A model generated the notes under the pieces. That model worked only from the letters and a program-made list of their open reading frames with translations, did not search any database and had not been told where the DNA came from. From the human T2T-CHM13v2.0 reference genome, Homo sapiens, in the NCBI RefSeq assembly GCF_009914755.1, contig NC_060932.1: 64,000 nt of DNA, one strand, 5' to 3'. The position numbers and the translations under genes are program-made. This document shows, piece after piece, positions 56,610 to 64,000 of this stretch (positions are counted from its first letter, which is position 1; each line of letters starts with the position of its first letter).

Positions 56610-59124
56610 GCCTTAGCTGTGATTCTTCACCAGATACTCCAGAAATACCAACCGAGCACCAACACTGTGCTGGGCACAGGCTGGGGACACAGAGGTTGGC
56701 AGGGCAGGCGGGTGTCTTGTTCTCACAGAGTCTGCATCCTGGTGACTTGTTTATTCACTCAACAAACTCCTGCACGAGGTCGTGAAGCCCCATGGCATGC
56801 CGGCTCCCGAGACCAGACTCCAGTGTGGCCATGACTGCCTTCAATTTCCTGCTGGCTTGTGGCTTTGCCTGCCTCTTATCCACTCCTGCCCACGTGTTTG
56901 TGCCACTGGGTGTGGCTCTAGCCAGACTCCCGGTTGCCTGAACCCTCAGTCAACACCTCTGCCTCCAGTTTCCTGCTCGGTGTGTGGGGCAGGGCCTCCA
57001 GGGCTGCTCAGCGGAGACTTGCTGGATTGAAGGGAGCATAGCTCATTGCAGGCTGGTGCCCCTCCCCTGAGATTCCCCAACTCCCAGCAGCAACTTCCTG
57101 GGAAGCCTGGGACGTGATGACTCACTGTGAATTTGGGCAGTTCACTTCTTGTCTCTTCATCCAGAAGTTGAAGGTGTCCACTCAGTAACCCCTGCGGTCC
57201 TTCTAGATCCAGCCTTCTCTGGGCCTGTCCAGTGGTTTTGTGACCCAACCCCACGGTAATACTTAAGTGCAGTGATTCTATTCTGGGAGGCTCAGTTTCT
57301 GTTTTGACTACATGACTTGTTTCTGTGATCTCATTATTTTATTCTATGATCCGGGTGCAGTCTTCCATTATTAATGTCCGTGATGGGATGATTCTCTGGG
57401 TCCTCTAGAGATGTGCTTGAAAGCTGGGGTGTATGGAAAGCCAGAGGAGGGGAAGGCAGGCTCCCACAGTCCCCACTGTCCCCCTATATTCGTGTAATTA
57501 CAGGCAGAATGAGGGAGCCCTCCAACCCTGCCCCAGATCAGCGAGCTGTGTCCTAGCAAGGACCCCACCAGCAGGACAGCTTCTGGGGCCCTCACACTGT
57601 CCTGCCATTGTATCTGCCCCAGGAGGGTGCCAGCCTGGGAGTGGGGCTAGGGGACAAGACGAAACTTCCCTGATGGACAGAGTGAGCCAGGAGGAGCCCA
57701 GGTGGAAGGGGACATGGGCGAGAGAGCTGGAGGGTGGACAAGAACCTGGAGCGGAGGCACATCTCGGCGGGGACGGAGGGGATGAGAGGCACCACGGCCA
57801 TGAGGACAGCGCAATTGGAGGCTGCGGCTAAGAGCCGTTGACAATTACAAGAGACAAATTGACACACTCAGATCTGTTAGTCATCAATTTAACACAAATT
57901 GTGGGGGTCGGAGGGCCTCCTTGGAAGCATTGGAAGAGAACTAATTCCCTGCATCAGGGGCCAAGCAGGCTTGGGAAGACACACAGGACTGAATTGGAAG
58001 GAAGGAGAGGAGCTGAGTTCTCAGAAGCTGGGTCTCCTACCACCGCTGGGTCCTGACGGGGAAGGGGCAGACCCTGAGCCTGGGGGCATTTCTGGAGAGA
58101 TGCAGTGAGAACCCTGAGCCCCTCCCCACCCTGCCCTGCCCTGGGGTTCTACAGACACGGCCCTAGAGGCACTGAGTAAGGTGGGTACCTGCAAGACAGT
58201 GTTGCCCCTTCCTGGATCTGCCAGCTGGACTCACAATAGGGTCAAATCCCAGCAAAATGGGAGGGAGGAGCTGGGCCTGCTGAGGGGGCAGCTGCTAGCC
58301 TGGTGGTGGTGCCTGCAGGCCTGGGGCGAGGTGCTGCTGGAAGTGGCGGGGAGGTGGGCACGGAGGGAGATAAAGGAGCCCGTGGGTCTCGGGGTGCTCT
58401 CCCCTGAGGCTGGATTTTGGCCCACCAGGGTCCTGGGCAGCCGGGCTGCTCTGCTCCTGGGGCAGTTCCTGGAAGCTTTCCATTAAATGAAGGAGAGGCC
58501 AGCACTTGCACGCCCAGCCCCAGAGGATGGGGTCAGGAAGCTTTGAGGAGTGGTCTTGCCGGGAGAGTTTCACTGCATGGAACTGGAGCCCACCAGGTGT
58601 TCACCAAGGTGATCAGGACTGCCCCAACAAGGGCCACCTGTGCGAGGAGAGGCTCGGCGATGCCTGTCCTCTCTAGCTGTTGACAGCAGGAGTTGCTGTT
58701 ATTGAACTGGGCTCCCCCAGAAGCAACAGGGTGAGAAGGTGCCAGACTTGCAGAAGCTGGTGGGGGACTCTACTTCATTGCAGAAGCAAGGTGGGGGGAA
58801 CTATAGGGGGCCCTAGAACACTGTGCTCCTAGGGGCAAGATAATTGGGCAGGCATGAAGACATCTGCTAATATATAATCAGTAGAAGTCAAGGATGGATG
58901 AGCGGAAGGTCAATGTCAGCTGCCTGGTGCCAGATCCAGGCAAGTTCTCAGACCCAGAGTCCCTCAAGGTAAGGAGTGGTGGGATCCCCGTGTCTGGCGA
59001 CAGAAAAGTTAAGAGGGCCTAGAGTGGTCAGGGAGCTAGAGGAATTGTGCAGGGCAGACAGCCAGTGGGGCCGGGAGGCTGGGCACATTCCCGACGATGG
59101 CTCTCAACCTTGACATATCAGGGA

Positions 59125-59244
59125 TGTGTGTGCATATGTGCATGTGTGTGTGTATGTATGTGTGTGCAGGCGTGTGTGTGCATGTGTATGTGTGTGCACA
59201 CGTGTGTACAGGCGTGTGAGTGTGCGCGTGCACGTGTGTGTGTG
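59125..59244. repeat. Imperfect (TG)n / alternating purine-pyrimidine tract
   Basis: tgtgtgtgcatatgtgcatgtgtg... about 120 nt. Confidence 0.9.
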
Positions 59245-60882
59245 CCAGAGAGAAGGAGAGAATTGAAGAGTTGGAGAGTTTTACTGGATGCCTTGCCTTT
59301 GCCTTCTGATAATGCCCAACACAGCTTGTCTCTACCCCTCCAGTGGTCCCCTAGAGTGGGTATTCTTCCCATTTCGCAGAGGAGAAGGTTGAGGCTCAGG
59401 AAATCAATCAACCCCTGGAACTTCCAGGGCCGGGGCCAGGCTTTGACCTCTAGTGTGTCCATCTCTGAAGCCCACACTTTCCCCTGCTGTCCCTACTGGG
59501 AGTCAGACTGGACAGGGCCAGTGAGCAAAATTGCTGAAGCCAGCCAGCCAGACCTACGACTGACAGCCTGACCTGGTTGGTGCGGGCTCCCTCTCCTGCA
59601 GCCTGCGTGACCCTAGGTGAAAGACTCAGCATCTCTGACCTTCAGGTTCCTCATCCGCAAATCGTGCATGCAGGTTCACAGCCCCCATCCGCAACATGAA
59701 CCCAAAATGTGCTTGAACAAACCAGCCCACTTGAAATTTGTGTGGCGGTGCACCCAACCTCAACAGATGCATCTGGGATCTCTGTCTGTCTCACCCAGTG
59801 TGAATATGAATGGATTTTGCTGCGAAACTACTGCTGTCTGTGTTGTGGGAGCCCCCAGCCCCAAGAGGGTGTTATATGATAGGCACTTTGTGATAAGAGA
59901 GCACCATACCGCTCTTCTAAAATCCCAAACACTCTGATTCACGCTCCCTCTGGACCCAGGGCTTGGGTCAGGGATCAGGGCTTGCAATGACAGCGGTCAT
60001 CTGCAGGCAGAGGCGGGGCTGCTATGGGGGCCGCCTGAGTCCGGCAGGGGCAGCGCCGACCGGTACCATCTGTTCCACGCCCTCCTCATGTTCCTGCAGG
60101 CAGACCCAGCTTTCCAAGGCCCCACAGCTCAGGAATGCCCCAGCCTGGACTTGAACCTATGTCCATCCGAGCCCCACACTCTCTCCACCTCCCCAGCATC
60201 TGCAGTACGGGTGACACAGGGGGGCTGCCTGCAGGGGCAGGCAGGGAGGGTGCTGTCCCTGCAAGGGAACAACAAGGAATGTTCAGCCCTGGAAACCGCC
60301 TCAGCCCCATCAGCTTTCCCAGGGGCCACACCTCGGGACAGTGCAGGGAACACCCCTAGAGACCTACAGGGCACTCAGTGTTGTTCTGGACGTTGGCGGC
60401 TCCAGCTCCTGTTCCTCTGGAAGGCCTGGCTCCCTCCCCTTCTGAGTGAAGGTGGGAGGTCTCCTCACCTGGAGTGCTGGTGATTAGTGGAGACTGTCCC
60501 CCACGTTCCCAAGCCCCCATGCTGGAACACTGAAAAGGTTCCCTGGAGGGTGACGTCCCCATTGTGGTGGAGCCTGGTGAGGGGAGATGGAGCACACTTT
60601 GCCCAACACTGGGGAGAGAACTCTTCGCCTTCACGGAGTTGTGCTGGGGGAGGCCCTGTGCTGTGTGGAAGTGGGTTTGTCTCAGCCCTGCCATCCATGC
60701 TTCTGCCTGGAACTTCCGGAGCCTCAGTTTCTTTTTCTGTGAAACAGGGTCACAGAACTTCTCTCCCACAGAGGTCGTGCAGCCTGAATGAGGCAGCGTC
60801 TCAGTGCCTGCCCTGTGTGGGACCCCAGGCGGACACAGCCCTTGTTCCTCATTCCTCCTCCTCCCACCTGGGCAGAGGTCGA

Positions 60883-62275
60883 AGTTCCCTCAGCTTGGGC
60901 GCGTGGTCCTCCCTCAGCTTGGGTGTGTGTGTGTTGTTCTCTGAGCCTGGGTGTGTGATCCTCCCTCAGCCTGGGTGTGTGTTGTTCCCTCAGCCAGGGT
61001 GTGTGTTGCTCCCTCAGCCTGGGTGTGTGTTGTTCTCTCAGCCTGGGTGTGTGTTGTTCCCTCAGCCTGGGTGTGTGTTGCTCCCTCAGCCTGGGTGTGT
61101 GTTGCTCCCTCAGCCTGGGTGTGTGTTGTTCCCTCAGCTTGGGCGTGTGGTCCTCCCTCAGCTTGGGCGTGTGGTCCTCCCTCAGCTTGGGTGTGTGATC
61201 CTCCCTCAGCTTGGGTGTGTGATCCTCCCTCAGCTTGGGTGTGTGTGTGTTGTTCCCTCAGCCTGGGTGTGTGTGTGTTGTTCCCTCAGCCTGGGTGTGT
61301 GTTGTTCCCTCAGCCTGGGTGTGTGTTGCTCCCTCAGCCTGGGTGTGTGTTGTTCCCTCAGCTTGGGTGTGTGTGTGTTGTTCCCTCGGCTTGGGTGTGT
61401 GTGTGTTGTTCCCTCAGCCTGGGTGTGTGTGTGTTGTTCTCTCAGCTTGGGTGTGTGTGTGTTGTTCCCTTAGCCTGAGTGTGTGTGTGTTGTTCTCTCG
61501 GCTTGGGTGTGTGTGTGTTGTTCCCTCAGCCTGGGTGTGTGTGTGTTGTTCCCTCAGCCTGGGTGTGTGTGTGTTGTTCTCTCGGCTTGGGTGTGTGTGT
61601 GTTGTTCCCTCGGCTTGGGGGTGTGTGTGTGTTGTTCCCTTAGCCTGAGTGTGTGTGTGTTGTTCTCTCGGCTTGGGTGTGTGTGTGTTGTTCCCTCAGC
61701 CTGGGTGTGCGCATGTTGTTCCCTCAGCCTGGGTGTGCGCGTGTTGTTCCCTCGGCTTGGGTGTGTGTGTGTTGTTCCCTAAGCTTGGGTGTGTGTGTTG
61801 TTCCCTCGGCTTGGGTGTGTGGTTCTCCCTCAGCTTGGGTGTGTGTGTGTTGCTCCCTCAGCCTGGATGTGTGTTGTTCCCTCAGCTTTGGTGTGTGTTG
61901 TTCCCTCTGCTTGGGTGTGTGTGTGTTGTTCTCTCGGCTTGGGTGTGTGTGTGTTGTTCCCTCAGCCTGGGTGTATGTGTGTTGTTCCCTCAGCTTGGGT
62001 GTGTGCATGTTGTTCCCTCGGCTTGGGTGTGTGTGTGTTGTTCCCTCAGCTTGGGTGTGTGTGTGTTGTTCCCTCAGCCTGAGTGTGTGTTGTTCTCTCA
62101 GCTTGGGTGTGTGTGTGGTGCTCCCTCAGCCTGGGTGTGTGTGTGTTGTTCCCTCGGCTTGGGTGTGTGTGTGGTGCTCCCTCAGCCTGGGTGTGTGTGT
62201 GTTGTTCCCTCGGCTTGGGTGTGTGTTGCTCCCTCAGCTTGGGTGTGTGTTGCTTGGTTCAGTTGAGTGTGTGTA
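60883..62275. repeat. 24-30-bp minisatellite with embedded (TG)n, ~50 copies
   Basis: Unit gttgttccctcagcYtgg(gt)n with a variable number of GT repeats. Confidence 0.95.
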
Positions 62276-63794
62276 TCTGTTTTGGGCCCAGTCTTGAGCT
62301 CTGAGGCGTGTGTTTAAATTCCAGGGATCAAACTGCCCTCCTTCCTCTTTCCATCCCCGCCTTCCTTGGCTCTATTTTCTCCCCGGGAAGCGCTGAGATT
62401 GACTGTTGCCACTGATTCCTTGCAGAGATGGACTTTCCCCCCTTTTCGTACCAGCCTCTTTGGTTGAGAGCTGTGGGACTCACACGTTCCCTAAATCTCC
62501 TGCCCCTGGTGTCTTCTTGCCATTTCATAAATCTCAGCCTCATTCCCTCCGGCCTGGGAGGCCATGCCGCCTCCAAGGCGACCTCCTCTCGGGAGCTCCA
62601 GGTATGGAACACACCATTCATCATGGAGATGCGGGAGGCGTCACAATTTCTCCTGCCAGGGAGCGTGGTCAGGCCCACAGTGGCCACACATCCAAGATGG
62701 CGACACCCGCGGGTGGGCATAAGAGGGGGCATGGAGATCACAGCCACGCCTGGTCACGGGGACAGGTAGGTGGCGTGGCTCCCAGGTGTGGCTGAGGGCA
62801 CCTGTGTCTGGTTCTCAAGGGGCCCCCATTGTGCAGGGAGACCCAAGCTGGTCCCCAGACGGCTCCCACACATGGAGGTACAGGCTGGGAAGGGGCACCC
62901 AGGGCCTTGGAGCACGCTGAGGGTGGCGCCCTGCCCTGTCCTAGGCATGTGGCAGGACCATGAAGGGGATTTGCACTGTGAGCTGGGAGAAGGCACTGCA
63001 GGCTGAGGGACCAGTGTCTGCACAGGCAAGGTGGTGGGACAGCGGGGCAGCGTGTGTCATCAGCAGAATCCCCAGAGCCATGAGTGACAAAGCAGGCATG
63101 TGGAGCTTACCTTCTGGTGCACATGTGCATACGTGTTTTCATGCACATGAGGGTGTGTGTGCATGTGTGCAGGGGTGTGTATGTGTGACAAAGCATATGA
63201 AACATTGTAATCAAGGCCTTCTAGAGCAAGCTGGACAAGAGGAGAAAGGAAAAGCTGAGAGGAATGAGGGGGATGTGGAACTGAGGGTGAAGAGGGGTCT
63301 GGGTAGCCTCCTTGAGCAGGGAGCTCTGAGCAGAAACGTGAAGGAGGTGTGGGAGAGCCCAGTTCCCACAGGGGGAACGGTGCTGCAGGGGCCCCAAGGC
63401 AGGGGCGGGCAGGGGTCCCAGGAGCAGAACGGAGCCCAGTGTAGCTGGAGCAGAGTGAGCCAGGGGACATGCACTGTGGTGTGGAATCCGGTTTTACTTT
63501 GAGTGGGTCAGGGGCCACACAGGGAGGGACAGGGTGTGACCTGGGCTTTAACAGGACCTATGGCTATGGTGGGGTCCGTGGCCGTGAGAACAGAAAAACT
63601 TGGCTGGGACCTGGGTGTGCCTTGAGGGAGAAGCCAACAGAATTTGCTGCCAGACCGGATGCTGGGGCTTGTGGTGTGTTGGACAAAGGTGACATGTCAG
63701 GGTGGCTGTGACAGGGAGCAGGGGTCCAGATCCTGTGGCTGGGTGATGAGGGTTTCTCCCACTCCATCACGTAATGACAGAGACCATGGATGCT

Positions 63795-64000
63795 TCCCAC
63801 TTCCAAATAGGCTGCAACAATCTTTCCCATGCCACATGCTCTTTTGCCATGTGGCTTTGCCATTCCTCCCAGAGAGAGGTTGAGTCTGTGTCCCCATCCC
63901 CTGCACCCCAGTGGCCTTGTGATGAGGGCAGAGATGATGCTAGGTCACTTCTTGGGCTGGGTCACAGAAGGTGGTAAGCTTCTGCCTTGCTCTCAGAGGA
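63795..64000 (+). mobile_element. MLT1 (F-H-like) LTR 5' part, runs off the window
   Basis: cttttgccatgtggctttgccattcctcccagagagaggttgagtctgtgtccccatcccctg...gcttctgccttgctctc. Confidence 0.6.

Noticed and set aside
60487-62304. Cys/Val-rich ORFs resembling keratin-associated proteins
   Set aside because: Frames shift with GT slippage in the minisatellite, so there is no consistent reading frame.
1-64000. Assignment to a specific chromosome locus or neighbouring gene
   Set aside because: Composition fits several GC-rich distal regions and no exon anchors the window; this needs BLAT.

Overview
This is GC-rich primate genomic DNA, very probably human, judged from Alu, a young L1PA fragment and THE1/MER4/MER50/MER51 LTRs. 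I find no credible protein-coding exon or RNA gene; the long ORFs in the track are by-products of stop-free tandem repeats and high GC. The window looks like distal/subtelomere-type intergenic or deep-intronic sequence. It contains several large minisatellites (41-bp x ~65, 19/20-bp x ~65, 24-30-bp, 27-bp, 42-bp), CA- and GA-rich microsatellites, many solo LTRs (including a nested LTR cluster at 52.9-56.2 kb), MIR/L2/L1M relics, and a few AT-rich islands dense in homeodomain, PBX-HOX and FOX motifs that look like developmental enhancers. The most notable structures are a twin-primed, inverted ~120-bp L1 inside a MER50-like LTR, a ~1-kb inverted duplication with ~350-bp arms, and several short (24-55 bp) local copies 2.4-3.2 kb from their partners that suggest repeated templated insertions. 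I see no evidence for a new gene system. The locus cannot be assigned without alignment, and repeat subfamily names come from recalled consensus sequences and need RepeatMasker/Dfam confirmation.
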